NCBI RefSeq assembly: GCF_001186125.1
Contig: NW_014040340.1
Span: 8,829 to 48,384 of the forward strand
Length of the DNA stretch: 39,556 bases
DNA from: Sphaeroforma arctica JP610
Taxonomy: Eukaryota
Direction: 5' to 3'
Numbering within the stretch: position 1 is the stretch's first letter; every line of letters begins with the position of its first letter. The notes below the pieces were generated by a model. That model had not been told where the DNA came from. It worked only from the letters and a program-made list of their open reading frames with translations, and did no database searches. Shown one piece after another: positions 1 through 11,706 of this stretch. The position numbers and the translations under genes were made by a program.

Positions 1-161
1 TCCATATTTTTGAGTCTGGTTTACAATTGATGTGAATACAATACTCGATGATTCGTTGTTGCCCTATGTATCTGTTACTGTTGTGTGTATTTCCGTTGTC
101 TCTTTCCTTATACCACTGTTTCATCACCCCTTCCCCCTCCCCCGCGCGCGCCTTTTCACAG

Positions 162-1589
162 ACCGTCCAGCGACAGCCTATGACTCATTGGGAGTAGCGC
201 TTGAGCGCAAGTCCTTCCCGAGGCTACACGCCGGTGGGCGGGTGAGTGGGCAGCGCATCAGACAATCAAAGTATGAGTCATCAGTTGTTCATCCGATAAT
301 CGTATGTGACAGTTCGGTACGTGTCACAAGTCATGATGTGCCTGTCGTGACTGTGAGGGTGTTGTGCTGTTGTGGTCTGTGGTAGATATGGTTGGCCGGC
401 GTCGTGCAATTACGTGTATTGCTACGCAATAGAACTATAACAGGTGTATTACAATATAATCATATCCAGTTCAGTGCAATAGACTTATATCAAGTGTATT
501 GCTCTACAATAGAACTATAACAGGTGTATTACAATACAATCACATCCAGTTCATTGCAATAGTCTTATATCAAGTGTATGGCAATACAATAGAACTACAA
601 CAGGTGTATTACAATACAATCACATCCAGTTCATTGCAATAGACATATCAAGTGTATTGCTCTACAATAGACCTGTGTGAACTGTATTGCTGTGTCATAG
701 TAACATAGGCGATGCTGTAACCGTACTGATGCCATTTTAATTACGCCTGCCCGCTTTGCGCCTCAAGAGTTCTACCTACTTACCTACTCGTCAGTCATGG
801 ACAGTCTACATATGCTTGTCAGGCTATCTCTCACATTAGCTTGCCTCAAGAGTTCTACCTACTTACCTACTCGTCAGTCATGGACAGTCTACATCTGCTT
901 GTCAGGCTGTCTCTCACATTCGCTTGCCTCAAGAGTACTACCTACTTACCTACTCGTCAGTCATGGGCAATCTACATATGCGTGTCAGGCTATCTCGCAC
1001 ATTCGCTTGCCTCAAGAGTTCTACCTACTTACCTACTCGTCAGTCATGGACAGTCTACTTATGCGTGTCAGCCTATCTCTCACATTCTCTCGCCTGAACA
1101 CCGCAGTTGTCGGCGTCGGCTGGGTCGCCATGGCAACCAGCAGCGACGTCAGCAAACGTACAATGATAAGGATTGGCCGTACTGGGCGTATCAATGCGGC
1201 GGTGGCTTTGGTCTGGGCGCGCAATGTAGGTGCAGTGCACGCGCTTGTTCATGTGTAGATAGGTGGGTATGCGTTTATCTGTGTGTGTTTTTTAAATATG
1301 TAGATAGGTGGGCATGGTTATATGTATAAGGTGGCTGTGCATCAAAATGGGTGCAGGTACGGGTTGGTGTTGGTGATAGTGTACATATACATGGCTGTGT
1401 ATGTGTCACGTATGGTATATTCATGGGTGTTCATGTATATCAAAACGGGAACAGTCTTTTGCCTATACGCTAATCAGTACTTTTGTTTTTCCGTTTTAAC
1501 GTATACCCAATCCGTTAGACCACGCATCATCGTCACGCTCTGCTGTTCTCCCCGCACTGCTAAGTGATTCTCGGACGACCATATATATA

Positions 1590-1638
<49 letters not shown>

Positions 1639-3724
1639 GTATATATATATATACATATATGTATATATATATGTATGTATGTATGTATGTATCTTCTAGA
1701 GGCGTAGTCATTCGTCGTCCTAGTGGATATGGTAGCAATGCCACCGTATTATACATATATCGGTTGTCTTGGCGTCCTCCTATTCGGGATCACCTCTGTA
1801 CGCCAAAAGAACTATTACCCCATACCAAATAAATACATCGTGTATCTTTCTCCTTATATACCTACTTTCATCTTACTCCTTACACTATTACTTTCATCTT
1901 TCTCCTTATATACCTACTTGTATCTTTCTCCTTTATATACCTAATTCCATCTTTCTCCTTATACACCTACTTGTAGCTTTCTCCTGCATATACCTAATTC
2001 TATAATTCTCCTTCATATACCTACTTCTATCTTTCTCCTCTATATACCTACTTCTATCTTTCTCCTTGACATCCCCAGTCATCTGCGACTCGGATGCCCA
2101 CGAGTCGTTTGTGGTACTAGAGCTCGGAGGGGGTGGGGGTAGTGGGGCTGATTTCAGACGTGACCATTCGATTAAGACCAGCGGCGGCGGTGGCGGTGGT
2201 GGTGTGCAGCTGTATGACTGGGGGGACTGTCCTGAATCATTGGTAGGTAAATGTGTTCAACCCCTAAACCCCAGTGTAATATGCCGGTGTTTTGAAACCA
2301 TAAAACCCAAAAACTCTAAAACCCAGTGTACTGTGCCGGTGTTTTGAAACCATAAAACCCTAAAACTCTAAAACCCAGTGTACTGTGTCGGTGTTTTGAA
2401 ACCATAAAACCCTAAAACTCTAAAACCCAGTGTACTGTGCCGGTGTTTTGAAACCCTAAAACTCTAAAACCCAGTGTACTGTGCCTGTGTTTCAAAACCC
2501 TAAACCCTAATACCCAACTGCGATGGACTAACTTCCAGAGAGATCTGATTTGTGAGAGTATTGTGATCCATTGAGTATATATTCTTTAGTTTCTAGTGAT
2601 TGGGGTTCGTGTCCTTGTGCGAGTACATATGTACGCCATTCAGTGCACGTATATATATATATAATATTCACCTTTACATCATCCAGTGCTCTACAAGAAC
2701 GACTACGATACACACGGCCCGGCGTATATACCACTATGAATATAGTATAATCCCACCAGGGTTTGATTTATTCTATTTATATCTCCGAAAAACTATTGGC
2801 CCGCAGTATGAGAGGACTCAGTGCGAACATGTGCACCGCACCAGTATAGGGGGAGGGTCTGGAGGCTCATACAGCCACAGGGACAACGTCTACCACACAC
2901 GCGCAACCTGTGACGCAGACGCAGTGGATTATAGGGGGTGGAAAAAAGGTATGCGTGTGAAGGGGGGTGTCACAGATTGCTTGTTGATGTCCTCCGGTAT
3001 GGGGTTGAGATGTCGTACATCGTACAAGGAGTTCGAGATACTGGCTCGTTTTATATGCATCGATTTAGTCAGAGTAAATGCCCAGGGCGTTGGTGTCAAC
3101 AGAAGTTAATGCGTTGAAGATTGAGTGAATAGCCTTACTGTGGACACGTGCTATAGTGTTGTGCATTGAGTGAGTGGAGAATAGATTAAGTGTATAACCG
3201 AACTGTCAATACGTGATATGTTATACGTTGTGTGTGCTCACGCTTGAAGCATAGCAGATCAATAGTTAATTATTTATATATATGTATATATATATATAAA
3301 CATGTGCGTGTGTGAAAATACACTGATACACATATGACTCTACTTATATGCTTATGTACACATATGAATACGTATTCTATGTATGCATGGGTGTGTGCGT
3401 CTTTCCGTAGCTAACCAGAACTAAAAAAACAGATGTACACGTGTACCATAATTTATTGAGAAAAAACCTTTTACACTTTCCTGCGCAGCCGTACGAGTCC
3501 CAATGGTGTTTATGGCACAAGCTAATACAGGTGATTGTACATATCGGTTCAAAGTAAGGACTACGGTCTGCGATATGAAGGCGCATTCCATTCCCCATTT
3601 CTGCGCTATGCAAGTATATATATGTATGATACACACATACATACACAAACACGCGCACAATCACATGCACACCCACACACCCGCACACCCACACAAACAC
3701 AAACACACACACAAACCCACACAC

Positions 3725-3756
<32 letters not shown>

Positions 3757-4145
3757 ATACATGTCTATTCATATATATTTATATCTATACATATATTTAT
3801 AGTTATATGTATATATATATATATTCTTTTATCAGCGTTCGATAGGATCAGCGATTTATTGAGAGACAAGTCAAGGTGTCCGCGATTGCGCATATCAGGT
3901 GGTGGTGGCGGCGGCGGCGGCGGACAGTTAACACAGCTATCGAGACTGGTATGTGCACTTGAACTTGTTCACTTGTTAGTCATGCCTACTACTTTAGTAC
4001 AATTATATACACCTTGCTACCCTGGAGAAGGCTCGTACATACACTGTGTTACCTTGGGGAAAGGATATATGTATGGTCTTACTCGCGATATAAGACTTGC
4101 ACATATGCCCAATTCTCCACATATATTTCAGTGAGTACTGCCGTT

Positions 4146-4184
<39 letters not shown>

Positions 4185-4437
4185 AATGTATGTATATATG
4201 TATATATGTATATGTATATATATGTACATGCATATGTATATATATGTATATGTATATATATGTATATGTATGTATATGTATATATATGTTTGTGTGTGTG
4301 TGTGTGCACTCCTCATTGTAAGAGGTTATATCCATCTAGCGTGCCCTGCCATACTCAATATCTGTCTTCGGTTGCAGGTTCCATTTGGCTACGGATATGG
4401 ATTCTCATTCAACGCGTACTTCAAACATCCCCCGTGA
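162..4437 (+). CDS. Putative multi-exon gene, uncharacterised protein with repeated poly-Gly tracts (5' end not resolved)
   Basis: Four phase-compatible AG/GT-bounded exons (2079-2242, 2807-2948, 3836-3948, 4378-4437) splice to [23 protein letters not shown]...[12 protein letters not shown]...SIGGGSGG...[14 protein letters not shown]...[19 protein letters not shown]. Upstream candidate exons with good splice sites lie at 162-241 and 1107-1229, but their connection and frame are uncertain. Confidence 0.5.
415..700. repeat. Minisatellite, about 80-bp unit, about 3.5 copies
   Basis: caatagaacta(t/c)aacaggtgtattacaata recurs at about 427, 507 and 587. Confidence 0.9.
760..1086. repeat. Minisatellite, 83-bp unit, 4 copies
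   Basis: gcctcaagagt(t/a)ctacctacttacctactcgtcagtcatgg starts at 760, 843, 926 and 1009. Confidence 0.95.
1840..2066. repeat. Pyrimidine-rich minisatellite, about 26-bp unit
   Basis: Degenerate copies of atctttctccttatatacctact. Confidence 0.85.
2260..2510. repeat. 52-bp minisatellite containing telomere-like CCCTAAA motifs
   Basis: The unit gccggtgttttgaaaccataaaaccctaaaactctaaaacccagtgtactgt starts at about 2283, 2335, 2387 and 2439; the array ends in aaccctaaaccctaa. Confidence 0.9.
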
Positions 4438-4822
4438 CGAGGCTCTGATCGCTGTATTAGACACAAACACAACATACCTGAAGATACCTACACGCTACCT
4501 TAAATAGGTGTGTAGGTACATCTCCGTACCTACAACCACTGTCCATATGCCTGGCTACAGTCTCAACCACGGCCAATCACGTGTTCACAAAGCCGCATTG
4601 CCTTACCATCCATGTATGTCCTACCACTCACAGGAAGTGGTAGTACGAAGGTTAAAGTTAGGAGACCCCATCGCATGTTCTGCCTTACACCTGCCGTACT
4701 CATGCACGTCACTCCAGTAAACCCTCCTCTGTAGTCACGAGGTTTAGCACAAACGCGTGTTGCTTCCTGTCAGCACTAGACTGAAACGGAGCCCACCACA
4801 CTCGTGGCAAGGCATGCGCATA

Positions 4823-5230
4823 ATAGTCCTATCACGTGCGCAAACAAACGTGTTGACGGTTGGGTTGTTTGCCTCATAGTCCTATCACGTGCGCAAACAA
4901 ACGTGTTGAAAATTGGGTTGTTTGCCTCATAGTCCTATCACATGCGCAAATTGAGGGTTGGGCTGTTTGCCTCATAGTCCTATCACGTGCGCAAACAAAC
5001 GTGTTGAAAATTGGGTTGTTTGCCTCATAGTCCTATCACATGCGCAAATTGAGGGTTGGGCTGTTTGCCAGCCTCTAGACAAAGGCTGTAGGTTGATGCA
5101 AGCCGTCTGTAGTACAGATACGAATGCGAATTTGGCGCAGCGACACTCGCACAGATAGAGGCTACCAACCATTTAATAAGGCGTATGACACTCGCATAGA
5201 TAGAGGCTACCACCATTTAATAAGGCGTAT
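4823..5230. repeat. Compound minisatellite (about 53/45-bp units) followed by a 2-copy repeat of about 42 bp
   Basis: tagtcctatcac(g/a)tgcgcaaa occurs five times in 4823-5066; gacactcgca.agatagaggctacca.ccatttaataaggcgtatg occurs twice in about 5142-5231. Confidence 0.85.
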
Positions 5231-5862
5231 GCCTAGAGATATCAAGCTCCAACTTCAGTGTCTAGGACACGGACCTTGCTCCCTTATCTCTGGTATATGT
5301 GAACGATCAAGTATAACGACAAAGGGATTACGCGTAGTGCATCTCAGACATACGGTTAGGATGAACCATCTCCCAGGTACTGCTGGCGTATATATAACAT
5401 CGGCAATGTTCAAATAGTCAGTTCCGATACGCCAATCGCAGGTGAACCGTAGTCACGCACAACCCTAGCAACGAGGCCTACCTCACTGCCACAATACAAA
5501 AGAAAACACAGCGACGTGTGGGTGTATAAGAAATAGTCCCAGGAGCGGTTACGGAAGCAAACGTACGAACCATTCGAGCACGCGAACGCGTTAAATCGAA
5601 AGCCCTTGTGATGGAATAAGTGTGGAATGGGTGGTAGCACTTTGATCGAGTCAGAAGTATCTGAAAACCTCTTGCTGTGTATGTATGTCTGGACATATCC
5701 AAACAGACACAGCAGAACGCTCGTGGCGTACTGAGACACCCATAAAGGGAAATAAATGGTCGTCACCATCGTAGCCATGCCGGAATTTAAGTGGACTAGG
5801 TTGAGAACGTGTGATTATTAGAATGAAGCCTTTGCACTAGCTCGAATCTCCGCGGTTATCCA

Positions 5863-5897
<35 letters not shown>

Positions 5898-6123
5898 TAT
5901 ATGTGTGTGTGTATTATATATGTGTATATATATATATATATTATATATACTTGTTNTGTGTCGTGTTNTTTATTATTATTATATATATATAACTAATTAT
6001 TACTTATTTATTATATATATATNTATANNNNNNNNNNNNNNNNNNNNTATATTATATATACTGTTCTGTGTGTCTGTTGTTATTATTATTATATATATAT
6101 ATAATATTACTATTATTATTATA

Positions 6124-6161
<38 letters not shown>

Positions 6162-6630
6162 AACATGTGTGTAGTTCACGTGTACTGTTGAGCCATGTAG
6201 GGCTCCGAGTGTGAGCAATGTGTGCTCGGATGTACGACGGGTTAGATTTGGAACGGAATGTCAGTTCTGTGTGCCATGTCTAAAACGGAATGTCAGTTCT
6301 GTGTGCCATGTGACATAGGTTGCATGTATACCAGTTATTCAATTATTCGTGCCTGAACATAAACCGAGTGATGGCGTTGGTCGTAAAAGGAGTAAAAAAC
6401 AGTAGTTTGCCAGCGACGGTCTGCAGAGTAGACGGGGACCTGGCGGACACAAGTACTCTGCGTCAGTACCCAGAGGGGACGGATGGTAGACATAACCACT
6501 GATTATGGGTATATAAGCTAACAATATGAGATGATCGGTCTTCATAATCTCGTAAGCTAATGCATTACTTTGATGATAAAAAGTATACAGCTATTTCATT
6601 CTAAATCGTTCATGATCTAATTATACTACT

Positions 6631-6665
<35 letters not shown>

Positions 6666-8840
6666 CGTCAGTGTCGGTCGTATATCGTTTTTGCATTTCC
6701 TTGCGCATGTAGGGAGGTATTCAGCGTCCACAATAACCATGGATCCTTCCTGTCTGTTTAAATATTTCATAATGAGGGAATTATGCAGTCCCATTTTTTG
6801 GGCACAAGAAACCAGTTGGACAGGTCGCAAGCATTGGATAGGACAGATTGACCAGTTGAACGTCCAACCTCACCACTGTGGTCGCGATTCAGACAAACAC
6901 ATAATTGTATTGCATCACATAAATATAATGTTAAGTACATGTGCGTAACGCACTAAAATCGCTGATGAAGTGACGAGAGACTCTATCACGCTAATCATCA
7001 ACCATAGCCTTCCCCTTCTTCTGTATTCTAGAGAAGGCGCTATGCTATACAATCTGGAATCACATATTTAATATCAAAGAATTGATAACACATACAGTAT
7101 AGTCTTCTGCAATCAAGCAGGAATCAGCAAATTTCTTTAACATTGTTCATTTGTTATTTCAATATCTGTGGCATTTTTGGCTACTCTTTTTGGTACGTAT
7201 TGCTTTTTTAAACAAAGGAATACAAATATTGAAATATTTACATCGATCAATCCCGATTTTTTGGATAAGCTTCGCCAAATACTTCTTCGCTTTGGGTCAC
7301 CTCAGCGGAGACTGGTCCCTCACTGTCGGCCTGTATAATTGAGAAGGCTAAGGTCGGCCACTCGGACAAATCGGGCCTCACAGTTCGTTTCCGTTTCTCG
7401 TTGAATATTTCTAAATAACTGACATCATTCTCGCGTCAAATTGAACGTTTATATAAATAGTTACACTGTGACTGGGCCTTGGGGCTTTGGGCCTGGGCCC
7501 TGGGGGCTTTGGGCCTGGGCCCTGGGGGCTGGGACCCTCTCAAAATGAAAAGTGTTAGCAACGATTTTTTTAACAGAACGAAATATTTATGCTAGGGACA
7601 TACACTGCAAAATTAAAAATACCACATAGTCCTGTGTACGGACTTTTAGTTCGTTATGTTGTGGTAAATTCTCCCTACTACATAGTTACTCTATACCTTG
7701 AACAATACTACAGTGGGCCCTCGCAACTTGTCACAGACCGTTCCTGGAAAAGAAGTTAACATCTACAGAGTTGACATCTATAACGCCATCTGATTGGCCG
7801 AGAGGTTCTTGGCCTATCCGACCATATTATAGGGGGAAATGCACTGACTTTGAGCAGCGATCATTGGACTTGGGAACGCCTGTATTATTATGTACACATA
7901 ATGTATACAACACAGTCCGAAAATTGATATGAATTTATGATCACAGTTCTATTGAACCATATGCACAGTTTTGTGCGTGGCAAAATGCTAGTATGTATAT
8001 CATATGCTCTCCCTGCTGATTTCACAGCCTCCTTCACCATCGCGAACTTCATGTTTGTAACTGCGTCTCTATCAAAACTCCAACCACTAGCCCTGATCTC
8101 TTCTTCTTATCAACATCTAACTTTTTGTACCTGCGTTTAGGGGCATTAGACATGGTGGTAGCCGAATGCATAACAACCTGTGTGCTTCTGATTGAGATAA
8201 TTTATAGTATGTATTTTCCTGATATAAGCGTGGATGTTGCTATAACGGTATGGCCCGAAATATTTATATACTGACGATTAAAGTGGAGGTAATTGATATC
8301 AACCGGTTTTTAGTGTTTTAGTATCAATCGAAACGTTATATTACTTATAGCACCAATGTGTATGTCGCTAAAGGTCGGAAAAAAATTCTGACCCCTACGA
8401 AAATGAACCACTGTATTTAATTTTACCTTGTATGTTTAGTAGAGAGGGTCATTAATCATGATACCATCGGGATTTGGGATTTCAACTATAACTCTTGGAC
8501 CTGGAGGTTGGAGGTTGGGGCCAGGCTGGGTCATGGGTGTAAAACTAAATTATTTTTCGAATGCGCTCAGCGCAGCATATACGTTCAACGTTAACGGCAT
8601 TGGTGCCAACGAGTTGACGTAGTGTTAGTGGCAAATTAGGAAAGTTTTAAGCCGAAATCAAAATATATTTCGTAATGTAAATAATCAACAAAAAGAGAGC
8701 GCATGAGAACGCTGACTTCATATAAATACATACAATTCTTAGTATACGTATTTTTAATTGTACATCTAGTAAAACCAAGCTATAGTCTGTTTTCTGGTCA
8801 AGCGCTGTGCACTTCACTTGTACAATTACATCGTATTACT

Positions 8841-9275
8841 ATGTCTCTAACAGCAATGCGTAGTGCCTTAGCCAGGGTTGGATGTGGTATCTCTGCATAC
8901 AATCATATCAGGGCAACATCGATCACGACCACTCGAAGATCGTTTCACGACTTTTCTAATACAGGGAATAGCAATGGTGGCATGCCTTTCGGCAAAGACA
9001 TGCTGGGAGGTGGATACACACAGCAGCCTTCTATGAACTATGGAGCAGGCCCGGGCGATGTATCTGCGAATGTTATTCCTATGGTCATCGACTCTACGGT
9101 ACGTGTATATACATACTCACTCTCACACACACGTGTGCATGAGTGTACACACACACACGTATGCTTAAGTGTACACACACATATATATATATATATTTAT
9201 ATATATATATATATATATACGTATGTATGCATGTATATGTAGATGTATATACGTGTACTGTATATATAGATATAG

Positions 9276-9348
<73 letters not shown>

Positions 9349-11672
9349 GACTTTATATTTATATCCGTATCTATGTATCTTTGCATATATATATATATAT
9401 GTCTTTATATCTATATCCGTATCTATGTATCTTTGCATCGAATGTATCTATTTTCATTTATAGATATATTCATATCGATATATATTTATATAAACTTTTG
9501 TATTAGTATATATGTTTTTCTATATCTATATATATGTACATATATATATATATATGTTTATGTTTAAGTATATATATACGAAATACATCTGTTCGTTTGA
9601 AATGGACACCTTCATTTCCTATTAATGTGTTCTCGTACAATTGAGCCTCTCTCTTCTGCCTGTCTCTGCTGGCCACCTGCCTCAAGGCCAGTATAGACCA
9701 AAGTTTTCCCGATTATAGACCATCACATATACATACCTTCATCCTATATTTACGCACAATCTCATCCTGCCTTCTATCACCTTGTTCTAATTCCCGGTCC
9801 ACCAGCCCCGGGGCGAACGCTATCAGGACATCTTCTCGCGTCTGTTGAGAGAGCGTATCGTCTGTCTCATGACACCGGTATGTCTGAGAACGCGTGGCAA
9901 GAGTGCACAAGCATGAGTCCACTCACCCCTTGTGTTTATAGCGCTCATCTCCTAGGTAGTGAAATATAGTGGAGTGTAGTGTCGTGTAATACTATGTATT
10001 GCATTGTGTTGCAGTGTAGTGTCGTGTAATACTATGTATTGTATTGTAGCGTTTTGTAGTGGCATGTCTGAGAACACGTGGCAGAGTGCACAAGCATGAG
10101 TCCACTCACCCCTTGTGTTTATAACGCTCATCTCCATGCAGCGTAATGTACCGTCACTATGCACATCAACAGTCCTACACAGCTCATGCGCATGCTTCAT
10201 GCCACACATTGACAAACAGGTAAACGACTATGTGGCCTCTATTATAGTTGCTCAGCTGTTGTTTCTCGAGTCAGTCGACCCCACCAAACCCATCAGTATG
10301 TACATCAACAGTCCAGGAGGTGCCGTGACCGCAGGCATGGGGATCTATGATACAATGCAGGTGTGTGTGTATGTGATTGTATACTATGCAGGTGTGTGTG
10401 CGTGTGATTTTATATTATTTTAGGTGTGTATGTGTGTGTTTGTATACTATGTAGGTGTATGTGTGTGTGTGTGTTTGTATACTATGTAGGTGTGTGTGTG
10501 TGTGTTTGTATATTATGCAGGTGTGTGTGTGTAATTGTATAGTATGCAGGTGTGTGCGTGTGATTGTATACTATGTATGTGTGTGTGTGTGTGATTGTAT
10601 ACTATGCAGATGTGTGTGTGTGTAATTGTATACTATGCAGGTGTGTGTGTGTGATTGTATACTATGTAGGTGTATGTGTGTGTGATTGTATACTATGTAG
10701 GTGTATGTGTGTGTGTGTGTGTATTATGCAGGTGTGTGTGTGTGATTGTATAGTATGCAGGTGTGTGTGTGTGATTGTATACTATGCAGGTGTGTGTGCG
10801 TGTGATTGTATACTATGCAGGTGTGTATGTGTGTGTTTGTATACTATGTAGGTGTATGTGTGTGTGTTTGTATACTATGTAGGTGTGTGTGTGTGATTGT
10901 ATGCCATACAAGTGTGTGTGTATCTGTGATTGTATGTGGCTATTGAGCTTGGGCATGGTTGTTCGTAGTTTGTCACAATTCCTCCCTGACTGCGTTAGTA
11001 TAAAGTTATCTGTGTGTGTGTGTGTCGGTTTCTGCGCTGTGTGTTGTCGAATGAGCATGTCCGGGTGTACACTGTTGATCTTAACTTATGTCTTATATTT
11101 ATGTATATATATATATATGTGTGTGTGTGTATATAATATGTATGTATGTATATATGTGTGTGTATAAATAATATGTATGTATATATATACGTGTGTGTGT
11201 GTGTATTTATATATTTGTTTATTTATATATTTGTGTATTTATATATTTATATATATATATCAAGATATGTACACGTACAGCTACTTGTACACCTCTAACG
11301 GTTCCGAGTGTTGGCGTGCCGTTGTGACTATGATTTGTAGATTCGGGTCTACTAGAAAGCCTTGTTGATATTTATCCCCAAATCCTGCTCTTTCGAAATG
11401 AGAGCCTTATGGACTGTTTTTGTGCAGCAGATCAACACATAGTCACTCTGTTGTGCATCGCTCCTCTTACTCATTGTACATAGCATTTGTTTTCTATATA
11501 GTACATCCAAGCTCCCGTGTCCACGGTGTGCATAGGCCAGGCTTGCAGTATGGGATCACTACTATTAACTGCAGGCGAGAAGGGTCAACGATATGCGCTC
11601 CCTTACTCACGAGTGATGGTTCATCAGCCTAGTGGAGGTGCTTCGGTATGTGCAGTGTCACAACATATGCAA

Positions 11673-11706
<34 letters not shown>

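Noticed and set aside
760..1086. Regularly spaced repeats (also 415-700, 2260-2510, 4823-5066) as CRISPR arrays
   Set aside because: They are head-to-tail tandem units with no unique spacers, in a eukaryotic context, with no cas genes.
3377..4448. Many overlapping ORFs rich in Y/I/C/V/H/T (also 5905-6218, 9094-9567, 10564-11368)
   Set aside because: They are translations of (TA)n/(TG)n microsatellites and minisatellites, mostly intronic.
5410..5778. 122-aa minus-strand ORF with a hydrophobic N-terminus
   Set aside because: No recognisable motif and no consistent exon chain could be built, so it cannot be supported.
7709..8416. TA-flanked CAGTGG...CCACTG as a Tc1/pogo-type MITE
   Set aside because: The ends match for only 6 bp beyond TA and there is no internal support; at best these are unrelated relic ends.
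8703..8840. Upstream in-frame ATG extending CLPP exon 1
   Set aside because: The extension is AT-rich and UTR-like, whereas the ATG at 8841 begins a typical mitochondrial presequence.
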